From Piromyces finnis finn (Eukaryota > Fungi > Neocallimastigomycota), in NCBI GenBank assembly GCA_002104945.1, contig MCFH01000021.1, positions 1-64,000 of the forward strand: a stretch of DNA of 64,000 nt, read 5' to 3'. The notes below the pieces were generated by a model. The model was given only the letters and a program-made list of their open reading frames with translations. It searched no databases and was not told the DNA's origin. Both the position numbers and the translations under genes were made by a program. The number at the start of each line of letters is the position of its first letter. Positions within the stretch are counted from its first letter, which is position 1. Positions 47,514 to 57,283 of the stretch are shown piece by piece.

Positions 47514-48077
47514 CCTTCTTACAACTTCTTTGGTATCAGACTCTACTGCGGCCATAGCCCAATTATACACTTGTCTAGGCTCAATTAAATCATAGAGATC
47601 CAAAAAGTCGTTCATATCCACTACCCATTCCCATACATTCTTCCCATAGTTATCAAGTTTGGGAACCTCTTTACGTATAGTAGTTAAATCCATTTCTCAA
47701 AGATGAACTAATATTACTCTTATTATTGTTTGTCTGTTTATTATATCGCGTGATTTCTAATTGTATATATTTTTATATTTTTATTATTATTAACACGCGT
47801 ATTAATTATAAATTTATGGTATATTTTATATATAAATATAAACTATTTTATTTTAATAAATTTAATTCTTAGAACTACTTATATTATCGACTTTGGTGTA
47901 GAAGGCCTTTAGCTAAGAAGTTTTTCATTCAACAGCCGCGATCTACCCAAAGCGGTTGGTGGAAATATGTGTATTCTTCAAATTAAATAATTAAAATAAT
48001 ATAATTTAATAGTTATTTATAATTTATTATTATTATTATTATATATATTAATTTATTATTATTATTATTATTATAAA

Positions 48078-48108
<31 letters not shown>

Positions 48109-48825
48109 TTTTTGTATAATCTCTATCTATTACTCATCTATTTTCATAAATTTGCTTGTTGTACGCCCGGATTCTCCACCAAAAACTTGGTACAGAATTT
48201 TATTATAAGTACCTTTTTCTTTATTGTTTGGGACACTACAACAGTTATAAATAACAAATTTATATTCTAGATGAATATTTTTTTATTATATATTATTTTA
48301 TTATTTTGTTTATTATTTTATTATTTTTATTACAAGCTTTATTATTTATAAGTATTATTTATTATTATTTTATATTATTATTTGTTTTAAAAAAAATAGG
48401 TATAATCTTAGAAAATAAACTAATATTATTATTAATTCCTTCACTAAATCTAACAATAATATTATTTATTCTTCTATTATTATCACCTTATCTTTATTTT
48501 ATTTATAATATAACTAATATAAACTAACTAAAAACTAACTAAAAACTAAAAACTCTTCTTTTTTTTTTTATATATATATACGCGTCTTTTTCTTCCTTAT
48601 ATAATTATATTTTTATCATCCTTATATTAAATTATAAAAAGTTTATTTTACTTTAATAAATTATTTATAAGTTATTAATTTAATTTAATTTACCATTCTT
48701 ATTATTACTATCGTTATATAAATTTATTAAATAAAAATATTTAAATCCATATATATTATAAGGGTTATTTCATTTACCAAATATATGGATTTATTGCATT
48801 TTTCTGAATGTGGTGTACCAAACAC

Positions 48826-49341
48826 TGATACGAAGAGGATATTATCTTAATTCTATAAATGAATATAGAAAGTGATAATATTTGTATCTAAAATTTAATA
48901 AATAAAAATAAATAAGAAAATAAAAATAGAATAAATGATTTTTATACTTGTTCATTTGCAAGTCTTTGTTAGTTTAAAATATAAAATTATTTTATTTAAT
49001 TATAAAGTTTTAATATTTAATAACTCTTGTATTATTAAATATATATATGTTATTGTTTAATACATCTTGAATGTATGTAAATATAATCACAATTATTATT
49101 TTAATAAAATTTAATATTATTATCTAATTTTACTGGATTATTAGGAACAATTTTAAAATAAAATAATTCTATCACTATTTATACAAAATTATTATTTTAA
49201 AGTATAATTATAAACAAATATAAACTATTTAATTTAAAACTAAATAAACAATTAAATAGACAAAAAGTTTACATTTATAGTTTTTAATTTAATAATTTTA
49301 TACATGTTAATTATTTTAATTTTCAACTATCTGTGTTTTAA

Positions 49342-49372
<31 letters not shown>

Positions 49373-50723
49373 AATTCATAATTTATAAATTTAATTATTT
49401 ATCAATATCTTCGCCCTTAAGATATAACTTCGTCCCTTGAAGTTATGAAAAGAAAAATAATAGATAAAGAATTAAATTTTATAAATAATTAAAGATCTTC
49501 ATTTTATTACTTCTTCTTCTTCTTCTTAGGATTTTCTTCTTTCTTTCTTTATATGCATGTTTAATTTCTAATGTCCTCCATTAATTTATTTTTAATATAT
49601 AATTTTCCGGATATTTTTTTTTATAGTAGCTGCAGTGTCTTTTTCAAATAAATTTATTCTTCATTTATATCCACATCAAATAAAGCTTACTTAAGGTTTA
49701 TTATTATTTAAAGTTTATTTTCTGATACTTTTATTCCATTATCCACATATTATTTTGAAATTCATATAAGTTTTTAGAAGAGCGGAGCAGTGGGAATATA
49801 ATGTTTTTCATTCAGGTGAAATATACATTATAATTTTATTATTTTATAATATATAATTGGTATATTATAATTGATTATGGATTTATAATTGAATTATATT
49901 ATAATGTTTTTGTATTATAATATTGATTTTATTTTAAATAACTTGAATATTTAAAATTTTGATATTAATGTTGTTTATTTAATTATTGGAATTAAATATT
50001 TGTGAAATTTTTTTTAATATATATTAATAATATATTGGAATATATTAATATATATTGTTGAAGTATTGTTAATTCCGATTTTAATTAATTTTGAAATTAA
50101 TTAAATTTGAAGTAGCAGTAGTTTCCTATGGGGAACAGAGAGGTTCGCGTAATTCCCTCCGGCCTTAAGACTAGCTACGCAGTAGATTTTTGGATTCTCC
50201 ACCATTTGATACGAAGAAAAATATTATCTTAATTCTATAAATGAATATAGAAAGTGATAATATTTGTATCTAAAATTTAATAAATAAAAATAAATAAGAA
50301 AATAAAAATAGAATAAATGATTTTTATACTTGTTCATTTACAAGTCTTTGTTAGTTTAAAATATAAAATTATTTTATTTAATTATAAAGTTTTAATATTT
50401 AATAACTCTTGTATTATTAAATATATATATGTTATTGTTTAATACATCTTGAATGTATGTAAATATAATCACAATTATTATTTTAATAAAATTTAATATT
50501 ATTATCTAATTTTACTGGATTATTAGGAACAATTTTAAAATAAAATAATTCTATCACTATTTATACAAAATTATTATTTTAAAGTATAATTATAAACAAA
50601 TATAAACTATTTAATTTAAAACTAAATAAACAATTAAATAGACAAAAAGTTTACATTTATAGTTTTTAATTTAATAATTTTATACATGTTAATTATTTTA
50701 ATTTTCAACTATCTGTGTTTTAA

Positions 50724-50757
<34 letters not shown>

Positions 50758-50789
50758 AATTCATAATTTATAAATTTAATTATTTATCA
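48826..50789 (-). mobile_element. Small non-autonomous LTR element D (TRIM-like)
   Basis: LTRs at 48826-49404 and 50207-50789 (about 99% similar); TSD ACAC; tRNA-Ala-type PBS at 50192-50204; PPT AAGGGCGAAGA; about 800-bp interior with no listed ORF. Confidence 0.9.
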
Positions 50790-50804
50790 ACACAACAATT
50801 GAAT

Positions 50805-50886
50805 GTCAGTTTGTCCGAGTGGTTAAGGAGTCAGACTTGAAATCTGATGGGCTCTGCCCGCGCAGGTTCAAACCCTGCAGCTGACG
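50805..50886 (+). tRNA. tRNA-Ser(UGA)
   Basis: Acceptor stem GTCAGTT/AGCTGAC, anticodon arm TCAGA-CTTGAAA-TCTGA, long variable arm, T arm GCAGG-TTCAAAC-CCTGC, downstream T-run. Confidence 0.97.
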
Positions 50887-51410
50887 ATTTATTTTATTTG
50901 TTTGTGTAACATAATAAATTTTAAGTATTAAGTATTATTAAAAACATGAATATATATATATATTTTTTTTATTATCAAAATATGAAATTAAAACTTTTAT
51001 GATTAAATATTATTATTATAATATTTTATATAACACCAACACTTTATAAATAAATATTTGTATAATATGTATATATATTATTTTATATTTATTTATTATT
51101 ATTTATTTATTAATATTTGTTATTAATATTTATTATTATTTAATACAAGTTATTTAATAATGTCTTTTCTTATATTATGAAAAGAACTACATTTTAATAA
51201 TAGTAAAAAATATATATTTATATAATATTAAATAAAATTATACTTTTCATATAATTAATTTAATTAATACATAAAAATTTAAATAATATATAATTATATA
51301 ATTAATTAATAGTAAATAAAATATAAAATTATTTCATTATAATTTTAACATTCTCCCAAAAGTATAAATACTTTTATTTAATATTCATTTAATATTCATT
51401 TAATATTCAT

Positions 51411-54400
51411 TTAATATTTATGTAATAAATTATTTCTAAAAATAGACATTTTTGTAGCATCCAAATATTTTGTGAAACCATCAGCAATGTTATTTAAGGA
51501 CTTGATATATTCCAATTTAATTTTTTTCTCTTTTACCATTTCTCTTATTTTATGATACTTAATATCAATATGTTTTGATTTTGGATTAATAGTATCATTT
51601 TCAGCATTATAAATTGCTGCCTGGTTGTCAATGTTTATTACAGTACATTTATGAGTTATCCCTAACTCATTAAGTATGTTTGCATACCAAAGTGAATGTT
51701 TTCCGCACTCACATAAGCTGTAATATTCTGACTCAGCTGTAGAGGTAGCAATACAATGTTGAAGTTTCGAAAACCAACTCGTGGGACCACTTCCCATGAA
51801 GAAAACAAATCCGGTGGTTGATCTTCTGGTTACTTTGTCACTACCGTAGTCTGCGTCTACAAAGGTCTTTAAAGAAGCTTCGCCTGAATAGAGCAATCCG
51901 TAATTAATGGTTCCTTTGAGGTATTTAAAAATTTGAATAACATTCTCCCAGTCTTTAAAAGTAGGTTCTTGTGATTTTCTGGCTGCTTTGGTGACTGAAA
52001 ATAAAATGTCTGGTCTAGTAGATATAGCAAGATATAGTAAACTACCAATGGCTGCACGATACTTTGTTGGGTTATATTTTTCTTGTTTATCATCAACTTC
52101 GTTTGCTGGTTTAGGTGTTTTGCAAGGTTTACAGTTTTCTAAGTTGAATTTTCTTAAGATATCTCTAAGGTATCTTTCTTGGTGAAGTAAGTATCCATTG
52201 TTTAATTTTTCAAATTTAATTCCAATAATAAAATCTGCATATCCAATATCGGTAACTTTGTATCTTTTCTTTAGTAATTCTTTAGTTTTATTTATTTCAT
52301 AATTGTTACCTGATATTAGGATATCATCGACATATATTCCTAACAAACATTTTATATTATTGTTATCATCTTTCTTAACGAAAATACAGGGTTCACTTAC
52401 CAGTCTTTTAAATCCAATATTAGTTAAAGTATCAGTTATATTATTATTCCATTCTCGTGCTGCTTGCTTGAGACCATAGAGTGCCTTATTTAGTTTCCAA
52501 TAGCCTTTTCGGTAAGTAGAGTCTCCTTCTGGAGCATACATATAAATACATTCATTTAAGTCAGCATATAAATAAGCTGCCTTTATATCTAATTGATGTA
52601 TATAAAATTTCTTTTCTGCTGAAATAGCTGTAAGAATTCTTAGTGAATCATGTTTTAATGTTGGAGAAAATGTTTCTTTGTAGTCCGTACCGTATTCTTG
52701 AGTGAATCCTCTAGCTACTAAGCGTGCTTTATACTTGGTAATGTTTCCTTTGCTATCCCTTTTAATTTTGAACACCCATTTTGAGGTAATTACATTAGTA
52801 TTTTGTGGAACTTTGTTTATTTTTTCATATACTTTGCGTTCTTTCATATTGTTTAATTCATCATTTATAGCGTCAAGCCATCTTCTTTTATCTTTTCTCT
52901 TAAAGATTTCAAAAAAACTTGTTGGTTCTGTTATTTGGTTATCTGTCGTTGATGATTTATCAACGTTATTTATTTCTTTTCTTATTCTTTTACTAGTTGT
53001 ATACTTTTCATTATTATCCAAAATTTTTCTTTTGTTCCTTGGATAATTTGGATATTGTCTTTGTTCTACATCTAGTGAATGGTTTGGAATATAGCTTAAT
53101 GAGTTATTATTTTTTTGTTTATTTTTATTTAATTCTGATAAACTAATTCCATTGTCCAAGTCTTTAGCCTTATAAGAAATTTTGTTCTTAGATTTTCTTT
53201 CGCTTTCAATTATTTTATTTATCCTTTCTTCTTTGTTTAAGAATTTATTTCTTTTAATTTTAATTTTACTTTCATCTTCACTTTCTTCGTCACTGTCGAT
53301 TACTTTTCTTTTATTTTTCTTTTTATGAATATTATTATTGTTGTTTTTAATTTTATAACTGTTATTGTCTTTCATATTATTAATGAAGTTATTATTTATA
53401 TTATTATTTATATTATTCTTATTATGTGAATTAATAATATTAACGTTGTTATCGTCATTATTATCATTAAATTTATTTATATGATTTATGTTATTAATAT
53501 CATTATCATCATATATTTCATTAATATTTTTATTTGTTTTATTTAAATTATTATCTTCTTTTGTATTATTATTTTTATTTTTTATTTTATTTTTATTTTT
53601 TATTTTATTTTTATTTAAATCATTACTTTCATTTGAATTATTATTTTCATCTGAAATATTGTTTTTATTTGGATTATCGTTTTCATTTGAATTATTGTTT
53701 TTATTTGAATTGTTATTTTCATTTAAATTATTATTTTCATTTAAATTATTATTTGTGTTTAAATCGTTATTTTCTTTTAAAATATTATTTTCATTTAAAT
53801 TGTTATTTTCATTTAAATTGTTATTTATATTTAAATTGTTATTTATATTTAAATTGTTATTTTCATTTATGTTATAATTTTTAATGTTTTCTTTATTATT
53901 ATTGTTATAAATAATATTATCCTTATTATTATTACTATTAATGCCGATATAGTTATTGTTGGCATTATATTTTATTTTATTAAAATTATTTGGAAAATCA
54001 TTGTTATTAATGTTTGATGATATGCCAATTTCTATGTCCTGTTGAAGACTTTCGTTATCGTCCCCCTCCATTTCATTGATTAATGAATCATAATCGATGA
54101 AATTGACATTTTTGACGTTATCATCAAAATTAAAATTACCTGGTTGGTCTTCTAAAAATTCAACTACTCTTTTGATGACAATTTTAAAAGAATTTAAGTC
54201 AAAAATTCTGAATCCGGTAGAAGTGTCATCATAACCAATAAATATGCCAGGTAGCGAAGTGCTTTCAAATTTGTGTTTTTCAGTGTTACGTTTAAGATGT
54301 AACACTTTACATCCAAAAACACGAAATTTACTGTAGTCTACTGGGATATTATATAACATTTCATAGGGTACCTTCAAGTCATTTCCATTGTGAGGTAACC

Positions 54401-56537
54401 TGTTATGTATATAATTGGCAGTTCTGACTGCGTCTTCCCAGAATCTTCTACATAATTTAGCATCTTGCATCATAGTGGTAGCTGCATGGATTAGTACTCC
54501 ATTAAACCTTTCAGCGCGTCCATTTTGTTGTGGATTATATGGTACAGTGAATTGTTGTGTAATACCATGAGTATCACAAAAATTTTTAAAATTTAAAGAC
54601 TTATATTCTGTACCATTATCACTTCTTAAATATGTAATATTCTTTTTAAATTCATTGGTAACTTTATTATACCATATTTTAAACGCGTTAAACGCGTCAC
54701 TTTTATTTTTTATAAAAATTACCCATCCATATCTTGAATAATCATCTAAAAAGGTAATAAAATAATGATTACCGTATATAGATGACGCGTTAATGGGTCC
54801 AACTATATCAGTATGTACTAATTGAAGTACTTCTGTACTTTTATTAGTAGAACTATGATATGGTTGATTTTTTAATTTTGATAATGAACATGTTTCACAA
54901 ATATCTTTAATGTTTATATTTAATAATTTATTTTCAATACTTTTGGCATGAAAATGACCTAATCTTCTATGCCAAAGATGTAATTTTTCATCATTATTTA
55001 ACTTCCTAATTGAATAACAATACATTGGATTTTGTATTTGGTAGTTAAATAATTTTGTCTTTGATATATAAACATTAAATATGTTATGTTCATCTTCTCT
55101 TGATACATATATATTATTTTTATTTTTATCTTGGATAAATGCTGTGGCAGCATTATTTATATATTTAAAATTTACATTAAGACCTTCTTTAACAAAATTT
55201 GAAATAGATATTAAATTCCTTTTAATATCTGGAACATATAAAACATTTTTTAAAATTATTTGTTCTTTATTAAAGTAGCCTTTTATGTTGCCTATATGTG
55301 TAGAATAACCAACTTCACCATCCGCATAGTAAATTGGTTCTTTATGTCTTTTAATTTTATATAATAATTTAATATCGTTTGTAAGGTGAACTGATGCTCC
55401 TGAATCTAGCATCCACATACTAAAGTTCCCTTTTGATTTTATAACCTTTTTATATTTTTTATTTGAAAAATTTACTTTTACAACACTGTTTGATTCTTTT
55501 TCATATGTAGAATCATAATCCACGTTGAATAAATTTGGTGTTATATCCTTGTAGTTACTTCTTTGTTTTGTAACTACATCTGCATATTTCTTTTTATATT
55601 TTTTATTTTGTTTATTTTTATAATTTTTATTGTTTGAATTATATTCTTTTGCTAATTTTTCTTTAAATATGCAGTTTCTTTCAATGTGGCCTCTTTTATT
55701 ACAAAAATGACATATTATATCATTTTTATTTTTATTATTTTTATTTTTATAATTTGAAAATTTATTATTTTTATGATTATAATTATCATAATTTCCATAG
55801 CCACTTTCACTACTAAAAACTTGATTAAATCCAAGCCTATTACTTCGTTCCCTTTCTTCTGACCTTTGAACAGACTGAACTCTATTTGATACATATTCTC
55901 TACATAAAGTCCAGTTACCTTCATAATCGAATATATTTATCCATTGGTATTGTTTTGGCATAGCTCTGTATAAAACGGCGGCCTTTTCTTCTTCATCTAT
56001 ATGGACTCCCATGGATTCTAATGTTTCAAATTTTAAATTTAGTTTATTTACAAAACTGGCTATACTATCTTGTGGGTTGTATTTCATTCTATTCACTTCT
56101 TTAATAAGGTCAGTTTTCTTACTGGATTGGTTTCCTATATATATACTTTCTAAAGTTTTCCATATTTGGTAACCAGTAAGTGTTCTACTTTGAACATCTT
56201 CAACTGATTTTGGTGCCAATGTACTTCTAATAAACATTCTTACTTTATTATCAATAGCAAGAGTTTCATCTGTTACATTTTTATTATAGTACATGTTAGG
56301 CTCATGTGGGACTTCTTTATAATTTTCTTTTTCACTCTCTGATATATTCTTTATATATATCTTTGGAGTTTTATTTTCATCAATATATTCTTCCAAACCG
56401 CAGCATCTTAAAATATCTCTGACTTTGATCTGCCAAGCTTGAAAATTTTCTTTATTAAGTTCTATTTGGAATTTTCCTATAAAACTAGAAGGGTCCATAT
56501 TTGAACTTAGTAGATTTTTATTTTTATTATTAGACAT
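51411..56537 (-). CDS. Copia Gag-PR-IN-RT-RH polyprotein (1708 aa)
   Basis: CHFCNKRGHIERNC, WMLDSGAS, WHRRLGH, HTDIVGP/RSDNGTEY, IYVDD, FVDADY in copia domain order. Confidence 0.97.
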   Translation of the reverse strand: MSNNKNKNLLSSNMDPSSFIGKFQIELNKENFQAWQIKVRDILRCCGLEEYIDENKTPKIYIKNISESEKENYKEVPHEPNMYYNKNVTDETLAIDNKVRMFIRSTLAPKSVEDVQSRTLTGYQIWKTLESIYIGNQSSKKTDLIKEVNRMKYNPQDSIASFVNKLNLKFETLESMGVHIDEEEKAAVLYRAMPKQYQWINIFDYEGNWTLCREYVSNRVQSVQRSEERERSNRLGFNQVFSSESGYGNYDNYNHKNNKFSNYKNKNNKNKNDIICHFCNKRGHIERNCIFKEKLAKEYNSNNKNYKNKQNKKYKKKYADVVTKQRSNYKDITPNLFNVDYDSTYEKESNSVVKVNFSNKKYKKVIKSKGNFSMWMLDSGASVHLTNDIKLLYKIKRHKEPIYYADGEVGYSTHIGNIKGYFNKEQIILKNVLYVPDIKRNLISISNFVKEGLNVNFKYINNAATAFIQDKNKNNIYVSREDEHNIFNVYISKTKLFNYQIQNPMYCYSIRKLNNDEKLHLWHRRLGHFHAKSIENKLLNINIKDICETCSLSKLKNQPYHSSTNKSTEVLQLVHTDIVGPINASSIYGNHYFITFLDDYSRYGWVIFIKNKSDAFNAFKIWYNKVTNEFKKNITYLRSDNGTEYKSLNFKNFCDTHGITQQFTVPYNPQQNGRAERFNGVLIHAATTMMQDAKLCRRFWEDAVRTANYIHNRLPHNGNDLKVPYEMLYNIPVDYSKFRVFGCKVLHLKRNTEKHKFESTSLPGIFIGYDDTSTGFRIFDLNSFKIVIKRVVEFLEDQPGNFNFDDNVKNVNFIDYDSLINEMEGDDNESLQQDIEIGISSNINNNDFPNNFNKIKYNANNNYIGINSNNNKDNIIYNNNNKENIKNYNINENNNLNINNNLNINNNLNENNNLNENNILKENNDLNTNNNLNENNNLNENNNSNKNNNSNENDNPNKNNISDENNNSNESNDLNKNKIKNKNKIKNKNNNTKEDNNLNKTNKNINEIYDDNDINNINHINKFNDNNDDNNVNIINSHNKNNINNNINNNFINNMKDNNSYKIKNNNNNIHKKKNKRKVIDSDEESEDESKIKIKRNKFLNKEERINKIIESERKSKNKISYKAKDLDNGISLSELNKNKQKNNNSLSYIPNHSLDVEQRQYPNYPRNKRKILDNNEKYTTSKRIRKEINNVDKSSTTDNQITEPTSFFEIFKRKDKRRWLDAINDELNNMKERKVYEKINKVPQNTNVITSKWVFKIKRDSKGNITKYKARLVARGFTQEYGTDYKETFSPTLKHDSLRILTAISAEKKFYIHQLDIKAAYLYADLNECIYMYAPEGDSTYRKGYWKLNKALYGLKQAAREWNNNITDTLTNIGFKRLVSEPCIFVKKDDNNNIKCLLGIYVDDILISGNNYEINKTKELLKKRYKVTDIGYADFIIGIKFEKLNNGYLLHQERYLRDILRKFNLENCKPCKTPKPANEVDDKQEKYNPTKYRAAIGSLLYLAISTRPDILFSVTKAARKSQEPTFKDWENVIQIFKYLKGTINYGLLYSGEASLKTFVDADYGSDKVTRRSTTGFVFFMGSGPTSWFSKLQHCIATSTAESEYYSLCECGKHSLWYANILNELGITHKCTVINIDNQAAIYNAENDTINPKSKHIDIKYHKIREMVKEKKIKLEYIKSLNNIADGFTKYLDATKMSIFRNNLLHKY
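53560..53880 (-). repeat. In-frame 18-bp repeats (NENNNL-like) in the Copia IN-RT linker
   Basis: Asn-rich hexapeptide repeats in the translation; boundaries approximate. Confidence 0.8.
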
Positions 56538-56551
56538 TTTCTTGAGACAAT

Positions 56552-56565
56552 TGAGACTCTTAATC
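56552..56565 (-). promoter_or_regulatory. Copia PBS complementary to the tRNA-Lys(CUU) anticodon arm
   Basis: GATTAAGAGTCTCA directly after the 5' LTR is the reverse complement of TGAGACTCTTAATC. Confidence 0.75.
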
Positions 56566-57283
56566 TTTTATGATTAAATATTATTATTATAATATTTTAT
56601 ATAACACCAACACTTTATAAATAAATATTTGTATAATATGTATATATATTATTTTATATTTATTTATTATTATTTATTTATTAATATTTGTTATTAATAT
56701 TTATTATTATTTAATACAAGTTATTTAATAATGTCTTTTCTTATATTATGAAAAGAACTACATTTTAATAATAGTAAAAAATATATATTTATATAATATT
56801 AAATAAAATTATACTTTTCATATAATTAATTTAATTAATACATAAAAATTTAAATAATATATAATTATATAATTAATTAATAGTAAATAAAATATAAAAT
56901 TATTTCATTATAATTTTAACAAAAACTGTAATTAGCTTTAACAAATTTTTATTATCTATATTATAATATATATTTAAATATTAAACATTATATAAAAATT
57001 AAAATTCTATAAAATATTAATTACATAAGAAAATATTTTATATATTGTAATAATAAATAAAAAAAAATAATAATAAGTAAATAACATTAAAAAGGTAATA
57101 ACAAAATTGTTACTTATTATTTTTAATAAATTGCATTCATATATAAATGTACATAGAATTTTTCAAAAAAATATACATATATATATAAATAAATAAATAT
57201 TATATGAGAAGAAGAATAATTAATAAATTGTTATTATTCTCATTTTTAAATTATAATAGTTCTTTTTCTAATTCTAAATTCTA

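Larger units (their letters stand above)
46219..47693 (-). pseudogene. gag: Element C gag split by solo LTR N2
   Basis: Removing 47079-47513 and one TSD copy joins MDLTTIRK...EVVRR to LKIRRNNEVHYPSL...CFRCGQNGHKRIEC in frame. Confidence 0.9.
41454..48820 (-). mobile_element. Full-length Ty3/gypsy element C
   Basis: 633-bp LTRs at 41454-42086 and 48188-48820, identical by eye; TSD AACA; tRNA-Ala-type PBS at 48166-48181; PPT AAGGCGGGATG. Confidence 0.95.
50995..56921 (-). mobile_element. Full-length Ty1/copia retrotransposon, apparently intact
   Basis: 356-bp LTRs at 50995-51350 and 56566-56921; 5-bp TSD AAAAC; PPT GGGAGAA; termini TG..AA. Confidence 0.95.

Noticed and set aside
47499-47693. 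Independent 64-aa gene
   Set aside because: It is the N-terminus of C gag, cut off by the N2 solo LTR
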